Source of the DNA: Andalucia godoyi And28
Taxonomy: Eukaryota; Protista; Jakobida
NCBI GenBank assembly: GCA_009859145.1
Contig: VRVR01000038.1
Span: forward strand, 124,001-188,000
Length of the DNA stretch: 64,000 bases
Direction: 5' to 3'
This document shows positions 22,640-34,200 of the stretch, piece after piece. Under the pieces are notes generated by a model, which saw nothing but the letters and a program-made list of their open reading frames with translations, was not told where the DNA came from and did not search any database. Both the position numbers and the translations under genes were made by a program. The stretch's first letter is position 1. Every line of letters starts with the position of its first letter.

Positions 22640-23371
22640 GTCCACTATCACGCAATCAACATTTCTATGCTTTGCCCACGCAAAAGAATCCAATACAGTA
22701 AAACAAACAAAATAAGGCCAATAAGAAATCTAAATGCGAAGCCGTCAACGAAGACAAAATACAGACAAACCGACTAGCAAAACCAAAACAAAAATCAAAA
22801 TCAAAAGAAGAAAAATAATAGTAAAAATTATCGAAACAAACGTGCGGAGCTTGGAAAACGCTCGTTGTTTTTTTGTTTTTGTTTTGGTTGAATCTTTTGT
22901 CCGCCGGAATCTGTGGGTTTTGTGGCTAATTGTGGCCTTTCGCTGCGCGCCGTTGTGTGGGGCGGCTCCTTATCGCTATTCCCGAGGGACGACTTTCGAC
23001 TCCCGAGTCTTGTAACATGCGGTAGATATTGGTGTTGTCGGAACTCTGAAGCATAGTACGTGTGAAGAAGAAGTGTTCTCTGGAACTTAAGAAGATGAGG
23101 AGGTATTCATTTTTTTTCTACTAAAGTACATGGAAGACGAACACCAAGAAGCAAAAAACAAAACAACAAAAACAAACAAACAGAAAACCAGAAAAGAGTT
23201 GAAACACGCAGAGCATCATTTTGCAGATTGTCTCACGGAAACAAACCTCGTATACTTCGTAATAAAGCACTCAAGGAGCGCGACTCCTGGGCAAGGCTAG
23301 AAAATCAAAATGAGAGCTGCAGCACAACAACAACAACAACAACAACAACAGCAACAACAACAATGAGAAGG

Positions 23372-23968
23372 TTAGGAAGCGGTGGCGGTTGCTTCGATGG
23401 CAGCCTTGATCTTGAGTCTAATCTGAACGTCAATACGCGTGTTCTGGAAAACCAGATCTCTAATCTTTGGATTGGTTTGAACCAACTCCAGAAGCGCCTT
23501 TCCACCGCCAAGAGAGATTTGGTTGCCAGACACATCCAGAGACACAAGAGTTGGATGAGTTCTGCAAGCCGCCGCAAGGGCCAACGTTCCATTGTTGCGA
23601 ATTCCGTTCTCGGACAGCACCAGTTTCTTAAGCGACTTGAGGCCCGACAGGAGGTCGGCAACCGGAAGAACACCGCGATCTCCCAAGTAGTTGTTGTGCA
23701 AGTCAAGAATTTCCAGAGTATCTGCAGACGCATTCGCAAGGAACTTCGTGACTGCCGAGTTGGGCGTGACTCCGTGCTTCACGCACAGATCCTGATACAA
23801 CGTTGCGAGAGACGATGACGCAGACACAGCAGCAGCAGCAGCAGCAGAAGAAGAAGAAGAAGAAGAAGAAGAAGAAGAAGAAGCCGGGGCTTTCGGTTGC
23901 GCAGGCGGATGAGGAGTAAGAGCAGGGCTTGCACTTGCGTTTGCACGAGATTCTTCAGATTCAGACAT
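23372..23968 (-). CDS. Small leucine-rich-repeat (RNI-like) protein, 198 aa
   Basis: LEILDLHNNYLGDRG, LKKLVLSENGIRNNG, LVSLDVSGNQISLGG. Confidence 0.88.
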   Translation of the reverse strand: MSESEESRANASASPALTPHPPAQPKAPASSSSSSSSSSSSAAAAAAVSASSSLATLYQDLCVKHGVTPNSAVTKFLANASADTLEILDLHNNYLGDRGVLPVADLLSGLKSLKKLVLSENGIRNNGTLALAAACRTHPTLVSLDVSGNQISLGGGKALLELVQTNPKIRDLVFQNTRIDVQIRLKIKAAIEATATAS

Positions 23969-24341
23969 CTTTTTGTTTTTTACCTCCTTTTTTTCTTTTT
24001 ATGTTCTCTTTCTTTTTTTTGTTGTTTTAAGAGAAAAAAGAAAGCAAAGAGAAGAGAAGAGGACGGGAAGGAGCCGCTTTTGATGGACAGCAATGAAGAG
24101 CAGATTCTAGAAACAGAAGCAAAGAGTTATCCGGAAAAGAAGCAGAGGCAACCCAAGGAAAGAAACACACCAGAAAACAAAAACAGAAAACAAATTGCAT
24201 CTTTGGCGACGTCAGGCGCAAACCGCCACTCCTCTACATTACTCTACTCTACTTTACTGCACTCATCCAGAAATTTTAGGCAGTGTTATTCTGCTCGCCT
24301 TTTTTCATTCATGCTAGTCCATTGCTGTTCCTCCCCTTTAT

Positions 24342-24448
<107 letters not shown>

Positions 24449-25008
24449 GTCTTGCCTCTCCTGCCCGGCAAGTCCTGGATCCGAGGAGGTTGGAATGGTG
24501 CGCGCAACGACTATCGGAAGAAGAACGCTTCGGCGTACTGGGGGCTACCCCTTCTGAGCGGAATTCGATTCGCATTCGGTTCCGATGCAGGACTGCATAT
24601 GCATGGTCAGCAATGATTCGCCATTCTTCGTATACAATGGAGGACGTGCAGCATTGTATTCATATTAATAAAAGAAAGAGCTTCGGGCCAGAATTCATCC
24701 GCAGTCGTTTGCTTATTTGCGCACGCGCCATTCCCTGCCTCCGTACTGCACCACTTTTTAAAAATTATCAACGGTATTTTTTCTCTTTTCTCCCTTTTCT
24801 CAAGACGCTTCAAACAACGACTGCACGCTGCATGTCGTTCGTTGTTTGGATTTTACAGAATCGAGCGCATTGCACTGATGGCGGCTGACCCCCTCTTGGA
24901 AAGGATGATCTGGGGGGAAACCGGCAAAGAGTCAATGGCCGTGAACGTGACGCAGTCAGTTTGCACAGAAAACACAAGAGGGTCGTTAACCTCACGGATG
25001 CTGACCGG

Positions 25009-25448
25009 CTAGGGTCCCTGAGTGTTCCACAAGTCAGTCTGAGGAAACGAGGCATTCGTCCATGACCAGTGGTCGCAGGTCTTTCCAGACAGATCACGAG
25101 TCCAGCATTCAAACAACCTCACAATGTACTCCACACCAGTATCGTACCGCTGGATGATGGTAAGGCCTTTCTCGGGGTGGCGAACCAGCAAGCGCTGGTT
25201 GGTGTAGTCGTTAACAGTCTCAAACGCATGGAATTCCCCAGAAACGGTGTTCTTTCAAGTTAGGGTTGCGTTGTAAACGGGTGCGAACACGGAGGGCGAG
25301 GGAGCTGCATAGCATGTGCAGAGGCGGCGGCAAGACCCTGGATGGAGTTAGTTAGTGGGATGTTTACGGTGACATATCCAAGAACAAATTTGGAGGAGTG
25401 GATTGTGAGAAAAGCAAACGCCTGTACTGGACCGACCAGCTTTTTCAA
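25009..25448 (-). pseudogene. Possible disrupted secreted-protein gene (weakly ependymin-like)
   Basis: Fragment GEFHAFETVNDYTNQRLLVRHPEKGLTIIQRYDTGVEYIVRLFECWTRDL lies downstream of a signal-peptide-like fragment (GLAAASAHA-MQLPRPPC) in another frame. No ATG or clear splice sites. Confidence 0.2.
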
Positions 25449-26259
25449 AAGAGCAGCAGGTGTTCTATTCTTGCCGGTTTTTTGTTTTTAAAAATCGGTG
25501 ACACCGTTCTCTGGCGCGCTTTCTTCTTTCTTTCTTTTGTTTTCAACAACACACCAGTGAGGTTGGTCGGAAAACACGATCCTCTACCGGAAAAAAAGCA
25601 AATTCGGATGCGCAACTCACGAAAGATTAACGGTGTAGAATACAAAAGATCTACAACTTCCTGAACGAACCGTGCGCAACATACGTGGGTATCTATTACG
25701 ACGTTGTCATCGATGCGCTGAATGACTGTGCACTCAGAGCGGAAAGTGCTCTTGAAGAAGAATCCGGGATTTGAAAATCTGTCGAAGCGAGAAGGAATGG
25801 ATGGATAGACTCCACTCTCTTTGTGAATATCTTTGTAGGAAACGCAAATCCCAGCTGCCCGCTGAGCGTCGCGACGCAAAAGTCGTACTGATTGTGGACG
25901 CACGCAGCAGCCATACAACGATCGAAGCTGCAGAAATGATGTTTGCACACATTTTTTATAATCGAGCTGCATCTCATCAGCTACAGTCGATCAGCTGGGA
26001 CTCACACAAGGACGACTGGAGTCTGAAGGAGAGGCGGACATCAAACTTGACGTGTCGAATTGAAATGGTAGTCGGAGAAGTGGACATATAAAGTTGGATG
26101 TTTCTTTAGTATATCTTTGATTTGTTGTTTTTGGTTTATCATTAAGCATCACTGTTATTATTTATTGTTATTATTATTTGCAGTTCTCATTTGGGCACTT
26201 TGAATGGCAAAAGAATAGTTGTCGTCATTTAAAAAGAAAGGAAGAGAGAAATCAGGGAA

Positions 26260-27792
26260 ATGGTTGATGCAGGCCTTGCGATAGGCTGGTCTGTTTTTGC
26301 AGTGATTCTAGTGTTTGTGTCCATTGGTTCGTACTTTTTCGTTCGGTACATGAGCGACAAGTACGAATCACAGAGGCTGACGACAGCGGTTTCAACGTTA
26401 ACTCTCATATGCGAATTTCTTGCACTGTGCATTATTCCAGTGGATATTTACAACGTTTCGTCGGGAGACTGGTCGGAGAGTTCTGCTTCGGCTGTGAAGA
26501 ACATGTATTATGCAGCATACATCACGTTGTTCGTCTTTGAATTCTTCTTGATTCCATTTGCTTATTTCTATTTCGAGGAGGAATCAGAAGGAATGACAAC
26601 GTCGGAAAAGATCTGCTCGGCGATGAAGTATACGGTCGTGTTTGTCATTGTTGCGATTGTGCTGCTGGTACTGGCACTGACATTGCAGTTTGGCTCCTCG
26701 TCATCGTCGTCGGATGGTTACGCGAGCCATGTGCTGGACACGCAGCACAGAGGGGACGCTGCAATTACGTTTCTTGTCGCCTGCATGGCCACAGCAGGAA
26801 CTCTTGCGTACGTTGCATACGGTGGCTTTGGAATGGCCGCCATGCCAATAGGCATGGTTACAGGAAAGTCGTCTTACAAAGACTTGACCAAAACCGTGGA
26901 TGAGCGCATCGGGATCTTAAGGGCAAAGCTATCCCAGATTGAAGCAAGATATCCGGCAACCAAAGCTGCAATTTCTTCGATGAAGGGCCGGGATCGGAAA
27001 GATTACGAGGCAATGAGAAGAGAAATGACCACGCTGTCCTCTCGGCAGAAGCGTCTCCAAGAAGAACGCAGCTCATTTGTTTACAAAATCAGCATGCTGT
27101 GCGCGCCGTTCAAAAAGATATTTGGTGTCATCATCTTCATCATTTCTTTGTTTGTGATCATCAGTCTAGGAATTGCAACCGGGGATCGAGCAAAGAACTC
27201 TTCTTGCGGCGCGGAATGCGGCTACATGACTACGAAGCCGAGCTTTACGAATCCTCTGGACGCGATGTTCCTGGAGTTTTCCAAGGCTTTCCCGTTGGAC
27301 TACATTCTGTTGTTCGGACTTCTGTTATTGTTCTTTGCTTCGACGCTAGCTGGACTTGTCCGAATTGGTCTTCGGTTCTTTTGCATTAAATTGCACAAGG
27401 TCCGTCCTCGCAACACCCCCCCTCAAGGTATTCTTCTTGGCTGCATGATAATGACGTTTGTTATCATTACGACGACCATCCAACTTGTGTCCTTTGCGCC
27501 AATGTACATGAATTTTGGATCTCAGAAGAATTCTCATGGCGATCAATGCACTCTATCTGACATTTTGAAGGACGTGTCTGAATCCGATCAACCATGCCAT
27601 ATGTCGGAAATTGGAAAGTTTGCTTCCCGGATTGTTCTGAACTCTCCAGGCGTCTTTGGAAATATCTTTTTCTACACGTGCTGGGCATACATCGCAATAT
27701 TCCTGATCTCGTGCGTTTACGTCATGCTCAAGGGGACAGAGAACAGCATGCTGCGTGTTGATTCATCCGATGAGGATGAAGAGTGGGTGTAG
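26260..27792 (+). CDS. LMBRD1: LMBR1-family membrane protein (LMBRD1-like lysosomal cobalamin transporter), 510 aa
   Basis: Motifs IIPVDIY, LIPFAYFYFEE, YGGFGMAAMP and FPLDYIL; about nine TM segments. Confidence 0.88.
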   Translation: MVDAGLAIGWSVFAVILVFVSIGSYFFVRYMSDKYESQRLTTAVSTLTLICEFLALCIIPVDIYNVSSGDWSESSASAVKNMYYAAYITLFVFEFFLIPFAYFYFEEESEGMTTSEKICSAMKYTVVFVIVAIVLLVLALTLQFGSSSSSSDGYASHVLDTQHRGDAAITFLVACMATAGTLAYVAYGGFGMAAMPIGMVTGKSSYKDLTKTVDERIGILRAKLSQIEARYPATKAAISSMKGRDRKDYEAMRREMTTLSSRQKRLQEERSSFVYKISMLCAPFKKIFGVIIFIISLFVIISLGIATGDRAKNSSCGAECGYMTTKPSFTNPLDAMFLEFSKAFPLDYILLFGLLLLFFASTLAGLVRIGLRFFCIKLHKVRPRNTPPQGILLGCMIMTFVIITTTIQLVSFAPMYMNFGSQKNSHGDQCTLSDILKDVSESDQPCHMSEIGKFASRIVLNSPGVFGNIFFYTCWAYIAIFLISCVYVMLKGTENSMLRVDSSDEDEEWV

Positions 27793-27847
27793 AAAATTGA
27801 CTGCACAGCACAACAAAAAAGCAAAAGCAAAAGCAAACAAACAACCG

Positions 27848-28408
27848 TGAATAATGACACGTCATTGTCATGCATACGGAAAGTATACATAAACAGACAC
27901 GGTCAACACTGGCCGACACTAGCACGTTTGTTTCACAGGAATTCGTGCTTATGCGTAGCCATCTATCATTCGTTCAGCGCACTGCCAAGAGGCGAACTTC
28001 CAAGACACGATCTCGTATCTCCAGCACTCACGGTAGCCAACCGCAAGCAGAAGCCTCAGGACTGTCTCTTGCAGAACTCTTGGTTTTCTGCTACGATGCA
28101 CCAGGCGCAGGCGCAGGCGCAGTCGCAAAACCCCACCATCTTCCTACCGCCTCTTCCTCTCGTATCTCCAGTTGCATCAATCGCTCTGCAACTGAGGACA
28201 CGAAAGCGCCTGCTGCTAGGGCCGTCAGAATCAAAATGCACCCTTCTCAGGAACAACGTGTCACACTGAGAAAGTGGCTCACCGATTGATCGAGATTGGG
28301 AACGGAGCGCGGAACATCTATCTGAAGAACGCCGTGAGGCGTGTTGGGGGCCTATCCCCTTCCCGGCAACGGGACGCAAGACTGACATGTTCAGTGTATA
28401 ATGTAGGC
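27848..28408 (+). mobile_element. 561-bp internally deleted, non-autonomous Fanzor/TnpB element with both ends
   Basis: Left end shared with 1-348. PAARAVRIKMHPSQEQRVTLRKW (TnpB/Fanzor N-terminal helix motif) is joined at ~28279 to IDRDW/NGARNIYLKN (RuvC-III, +1 frameshift). The 3' tail is shared with 17564-17678. Confidence 0.9.
28336..28408 (+). ncRNA. Putative Fanzor omegaRNA scaffold (compact version)
   Basis: GTTGGG/CCCGGC stem enclosing GCCTAT, ACTGA-catgt-TCAGT hairpin and terminal ATGTAGGC, as in the 17.6-kb copy. Confidence 0.6.
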
Positions 28409-28481
28409 GCAACATCGATCTGGAGAAGGAAACAATAAACGGAGGAGGGAGTGCTAACGAATCATCAAAGAGAAAAGTTCT

Positions 28482-29558
28482 TTAATATGTATATCCCTTG
28501 ACATACAAGCTTTCTGCGTCGGCAGAATCCTCGGCAGGGTTGTACTTTCCGAGCGTCGCCTTTGAGTTCATGCGGGCACGGTGCAGCAAGATCTGCTGCG
28601 CCTTGGGGACGTTTTCTGCCTTTCCAGCCCAGGCTTTCATTGCCGAGTTCTGAAGAGCCCTGGCGTACGAGAATCCCATGTACCACGGTCTGGGAATGTG
28701 GTGGACGGAGTTGATTGCGTTCAGGTACGCAGATGCCTCTGTTTCTGAGATTCCTCCTGAAAGGAACATGATTCCCGGGACCGTTGCAGGCAGCGTGCGC
28801 GCAAAGGTGCGCACAGTGGCCTCTGCGACCTGCTGCACGCTGTCGTTCTTTCTGCTCGGCGCCTCCACTCCGGCACACACAAAGTTGGGCTTCAGCAGCA
28901 TTCCCTCCAGCAGCACATCATAGTCATGCAGTGCCTTTGTAACGGCAGCCATCACTCTGGTTCCCACGCGCTCGCAAGTCACAATGTCGTGAGTGCCGTC
29001 AATCAGCACCTCGGGTTCCACAATCGGGCAAAGACCAGCCATCTGGGCAAGAGTAGCCTGGCGCGCCAAGACACGTGCATTCTCATCGATCAACGTCTGC
29101 GAAACAGTGCCGTTCTGGATCTTGTACACATTACGCCACTTGCAGAAGCGTGCGCCCTTCTTGTAGTACTCCGCAGCACGTCCAAGAAGCCCGTCGAGAC
29201 CCTGCGTCCACTGCTCTCCTGGAAATCCCGGAAGATCAACAAGCCCCTTATCGGTCTTGATTCCTGGGATGATACCAGCATCGTTCAACAGCGCCACAAA
29301 CGACTTTCCAGAAGAAGTACTCTGATCCAGAGTCTCTTCAAACAAAATCACGCCGGACACAAACTCGTTCAGTCCAGGAGCACTCAAAAGCATCTCGCGG
29401 TACGCACGACGGCTTTCCGCGGAGCTCTCAATTCCAAGAGCTTCAAACCGCTTGCCAATTGTCGCATGCGACTCGTCCGCTGCCAAGAGACCACGGCCGG
29501 GAGTCGTCAGCTTGCGGGCAGTTGCAATAAGCTCGTCACGATACTGAGATGTGGACAT
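28482..29558 (-). CDS. ALDO: Fructose-bisphosphate aldolase, class I, 358 aa
   Basis: Motifs GRGLLAADES, GIKTDKG, KWRNV, PIVEPEV, EGMLLKPN, FLSGG, FSYARALQ and C-terminal Tyr. Confidence 0.98.
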   Translation of the reverse strand: MSTSQYRDELIATARKLTTPGRGLLAADESHATIGKRFEALGIESSAESRRAYREMLLSAPGLNEFVSGVILFEETLDQSTSSGKSFVALLNDAGIIPGIKTDKGLVDLPGFPGEQWTQGLDGLLGRAAEYYKKGARFCKWRNVYKIQNGTVSQTLIDENARVLARQATLAQMAGLCPIVEPEVLIDGTHDIVTCERVGTRVMAAVTKALHDYDVLLEGMLLKPNFVCAGVEAPSRKNDSVQQVAEATVRTFARTLPATVPGIMFLSGGISETEASAYLNAINSVHHIPRPWYMGFSYARALQNSAMKAWAGKAENVPKAQQILLHRARMNSKATLGKYNPAEDSADAESLYVKGYTY

Positions 29559-30364
29559 GTTTTTCCTACGAAAAAGAAATGTTCCTTGGCAAAAAAAATA
29601 TTATTATAATAAAAAAATAAAAGAAAAAAAGGGAACCACGCTACTGGAGAATGAAATTCAACCTGCGAAGCGAGCGAAAGAGAAGAAAAGGAAAAGAAAA
29701 CAAGAAAAGAAAGAGGGACAACGGAAAAGCAAAAAAATAAGAGAGCGATCAGCAACCAGCCTTCAGTCCCGTCAATCCAAAAGAAAAAGGGACGCACTAC
29801 AAATAGAATTTCAGCTTCCAGTGATTCAGGTTCCAGTGCTGCCATTCCCAACTTGCTCCGAGCTACGGTAGCTGTATTGTCGTTCGTTTCTTCATAATAA
29901 TGATGATAATAATGATGATGATAATAATAATACTTTAACGCACGTTGCAGGCAACGTTCTTAAGGTGCATACTGTCCTGCGAGCGCCGCTATTTCCAGCC
30001 TCGGCCCCATTCTTGCCGGAGAGAAGGCGGAAAGCCAGGATCGGATACTGAACACCCTGGAGACCAGAGCGTGGCAGCAACGGGCGTCTGCTGATAATGA
30101 TGAATTGACTTGATGTGGCTCCATTTCCGGTTTCAACGTGGCATCCGACTGTTCGATGCGACCGAGGCACGCAGAAGAAGAAAGAAAAACGAAAAATCAA
30201 CAATAAAAATGACAATCAGATTTCTTTCTCTGCTGTGCCACCAATCTGAAATGGCTTTCATTTGCTGTCAATATCGCTCGAGAAACACACTCTCAACATC
30301 AGCTTTGAGTGACTGTCGACGCGCTGGCGTGCGAAGTGGTTCTGGTTCGCTCAACGGGTCGCTG

Positions 30365-31066
30365 ATGAGTGCACAGAGGACGGTGGAATCCGTTCTGCGA
30401 ATGCTGGCCGAGCATGGGTCTGCAAAGAATGTTTCCGGGAAAGCAAGATTTGCGATTATCTATCCTTCCGGAACAGTGTATGGGGTGTCCGCTCCGGACA
30501 TGCGGCAGATTGCAAAGTCGATCGGAACCGATCATGAATTAGCAGTGGCTTTGTGGGAAGCAAAGGTTTTGGAGGCACGTCATGTGGCGTATATGATAAG
30601 CGATCCGGCGAAGCTCAGTGATCCGCTCGTCAACAAGTGGGTTTCGGAGATCGAGTCGTGGGATCTTGCCGATGGGTTCATGTTTCAGCTCTCCAGGGTC
30701 CTGAAGCCATTTGAAAAAGCCAAAGAGCTGGCTGTTCGAGATGAAGAATTTGTCAAACGCTGTGGATTCGCGTTGATGGCCAGTCTTGCGGTGCATCACA
30801 AAGAAAAGGAAAACGACGCGAGGCTGCGAGAGTTCTTTCCTTTTATCATTAATGCATCAGAGGACGACAGAAATTTTGTGAAGAAAGCAGTGAACTGGGC
30901 ACTCAGGAGCATTGGCAAGCGAAACAGAGTGCTGAATGTGGAAGCAATCAAGGCTGCAGAAATCATTGCAAAAAAGCCATCCACGGCTGCAAAATGGATA
31001 TCAAGCGATGCTTTGCGCGAACTCCGATCCAATGCTGTGCAGTCGCGCTTGAAGAAGGTGAAATAA
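30365..31066 (+). CDS. alkD: DNA alkylation repair protein, AlkD-like HEAT-repeat glycosylase family, 233 aa
   Basis: Motifs YGVSAPDMRQIAK.IG.DHELA..LW, EAR..A, ESWDLAD, EEFVKRCGF and DDRNFVKKAVNWALRSIGKRN. Start set at ATG 30365. Confidence 0.85.
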   Translation: MSAQRTVESVLRMLAEHGSAKNVSGKARFAIIYPSGTVYGVSAPDMRQIAKSIGTDHELAVALWEAKVLEARHVAYMISDPAKLSDPLVNKWVSEIESWDLADGFMFQLSRVLKPFEKAKELAVRDEEFVKRCGFALMASLAVHHKEKENDARLREFFPFIINASEDDRNFVKKAVNWALRSIGKRNRVLNVEAIKAAEIIAKKPSTAAKWISSDALRELRSNAVQSRLKKVK

Positions 31067-31209
31067 TGACAGTCGTGGCAGGGGGCGGTGTTTCACTCTA
31101 AATCGATATACATATATATATAATGTTTTTATTGCTATGTTAAGCATTACAAAACCGAGTTCCGATCGTGATGCAGAAAGGCCAATGTTGTTTGAATCCA
31201 AAGGAACAG

Positions 31210-34200
31210 TCACATGGAGATCCTTCGGATAGGGACAGCAAAGTCTCGCTCGGATACTCGCCGCATCGTGTCAATGCACGCGTAAATCCATTCGTCTGAC
31301 ACAACATGACAGTTCTCACTCCGTAAATACCGTATGCGATGTGCCATCCAAGTACTCAGCTCGTCCGCAGGGCAGACAACAAGGTGCGTCGCATCCGAAG
31401 GTACCGCTTCTAGAGATTCGATGGCAGGGCGCCAGACAGTGACGCCTTGCGCACAAGAAATTTGTGCAACTTTCACTGCAATTCGGACCGCAACCTCTTC
31501 CGCTTCGGAGCTCAAAAAGACAAGTTTGCATTCCGCAAAGGGAGACAGTGTCACCGTATCAATAGCACGCATGATCCGCTCGACTTCCGGATCTGCAGGA
31601 ACAGCCGGCAAAAAGTCCTGCAGAGACAACGAAGCCGAGTCAGCCGACAGCATGGACGCACTACTTCTCGTGCGCTTTCGCACATGTTGCTGCTGTTCCA
31701 ATTCCCTGGTTTTCCTTGCCCTCTCAAGACCGTCAGCGGCAATTTTGTCCCGAGATGTTGGATAGTGGTTCTCCAGCAGATCGAGCAGATCCGGTGCAGA
31801 AATGTCTTCTTCGTAGGCATCGCCAAACGGATCGAATTTCACAGCGATCTTTTGTCTTGTTTCAGCGATACTGTAAATGACATGGTGGATCGGATGCGGG
31901 GGGTCAATTATCCGACCTTCTTCAATGCAGTCACTCACAAACTTGACAGTGAGAATATCTCGAGGCATTGAGGACGGTCGGGCAGAAGCAGATTTGCTCT
32001 TCTTTTTCGCAGGTTCCGTCAAAGCTGCATTGTACGCTTGAATTAGCGCATGCGTGCGGTACTCGTCTGCTGATGTGGACAGCACGAACGACGCGGAATG
32101 ATAATCCTGCGTAATGGTACCGGAATGGCGGATGATAACTTCTTCGAGGCGCCGACGCTCCTCAGCGTTTGTGGGATGCAAAACGCAGAATGAAATACTG
32201 TCAAATAACTCGTCCTCCTTCTGCACTATCCGTGAATCAATGCTCTTCAAGTGCGCTGGAATGGAGCCTGTTGAATTCCACGAAGGACGAGCGGCACCCC
32301 TGCCTCTTCCAAATCTCCTTGCAGTCGCTGTCAGATCCTGGGACAGCCCCAACGACTGACGGGCAACACGGGCCTGCCGAATCGATGTAAACTCTGCAGC
32401 CGACGTGCAGGACCAAAAGTCCTTGTCTTCGCGTACTCGAATCGCACGAGGGAACCGGAGTGCGTACCCGGTCTGAAACATCTTACTTTCGACGATATCG
32501 AAAAATTTAACCTCCAAAACCACAGAATTACGAGGGTCGCACCACACTGCGGGAACATTCGCGTGATCACCAGAGCGCCATGATCCAAAAACGCACGCAC
32601 GGATATTCGCATCCACATCACTGTTCCAGGGCCGCCAATGCGGTTCCAACTTGTTCTGAATGGACATAAGTTCCTCATCCGTGTATCCAGACCCCACTTT
32701 GGAACAAACAATTGTGAGGCTGTTGTTCAACGAACCGATTCCACGGCTCATCGGCACCCGGCTGCTGGACGAGGACAGATCCAAACTCATTGCTGCCTTG
32801 AAGTTCGACAGCACTGACGAGGCGCTGGCCACAGACAACGTTGGTGGATGCGATTGCAGTGCGTCCGAGGAGGATGCCTGCCTGTTACGGGGCTGGATAT
32901 ACTCTACAAATTCTTCACTTGTTGTGCAGACGGCATTGCGCAATCCCATCAAAAAATGAGAGATATGCGCTTTTCCATACTTGGTCCCATAAAAGCCTCC
33001 AATCACGACAAGGTCCAGTGTTTGTCCTGCTCCCCAAAGGAGGTCGGGCTTCAATTTCGACCATGACTTCAGCTCCCGCTTGTTGAATGAGTACGGCGTA
33101 TCCAAGTTTTTCAAAATCAACCCTTCTGCTCGATCCTCAGTGACCGCGCGATCCAACTCCGACAAAATCAGAACACGTGCGGCATCGGCATGCTCAGGAA
33201 CTTCAGTTTGCTGGACAATTTCCAAACGGTGCGAAACGGGGCTTTGGACAATCTTTTTGAGAATATCTCGGCGTTGACGCAAGGGAGCATTCGCAACCTT
33301 GCGATCCTGTTGATCCTTAAACAGATAGACAACGTCAAAACACATAAAGCAAAACTGCAAATGCGCGCTCTCTAGTCCCTTTTCAACCAATTCTTTGTGT
33401 GTCTTTGCCAAATCAGTTCGGTGGAGGATACTGACAGAGCGATTATGGCCAAACTCAAGGAACCCTCCCAGCTCGCTATTCCACACCAGCATCTCCCCAT
33501 CCAGAATGCAGTTGTACGTCATTCCCTGCTCACGTAAAGAAGCACGGACAACGGAGTCAAACGTTGGACCATATACGGGAGTGTAATTCGTCGAATTTCG
33601 AGAAAAGTACGTAATGGACTCGGGAGTCACGTGGATCTGGATCCGATCACCATCGAACTTTGATTCTACGACATATCTTCCGTCTCGCAATGCCCGATCA
33701 AGCTCGTGCAGACTCTGGATGGCAAACGCTAGCATGGGCTTGAACGGAGTTCCAAGCTGAATGCTGTTCACAGCTCCTTCTTCAATACGGAAATCCGGAT
33801 TCCGACACTCAAGGCAGACGCGTTTCAGAGAAACGCACTGGTTATGCAGGGCCTCCGCAAAGGGATGGAAAGAGGCCAAAATGCTTTCTTTTTGCATTCC
33901 AACTCGGAGATCTTGCAAGATAATGCGGACGATCCATTTCTGCTCAAGAGCCCTGGTATTGAAGAAGAACTGCATGAGAATCTTCTTCTTTCCATCTTGC
34001 GAAGACGCCATTGACAGTTCGGTAAGTCTGGCATTGACCCAAGCGACACTAATCGGCTTCTGCGACGGATCAACGCTCCCATATCCCTTGTCCATCAGCA
34101 CGCGATAAAGCGCGTCGGAAAAGTCAATTGCTGTTCTGGACTTTGACATTCCCGGGTCTTTGAAATGAAGCAATCGCTGAGCGTCGGGCGAAGTCTTTTC

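Noticed and set aside
24600-24730. SAMIRHSSYTMEDVQHCIHINKRKSF resembling Tpt1/KptA
   Set aside because: Spacing is wrong, the QGHS motif is absent and the ORF originates in a microsatellite.
30110-30364. Long N-terminal extension of the AlkD-like ORF
   Set aside because: Non-ATG start and A-rich leader-like sequence; family similarity begins near Met at 30365.
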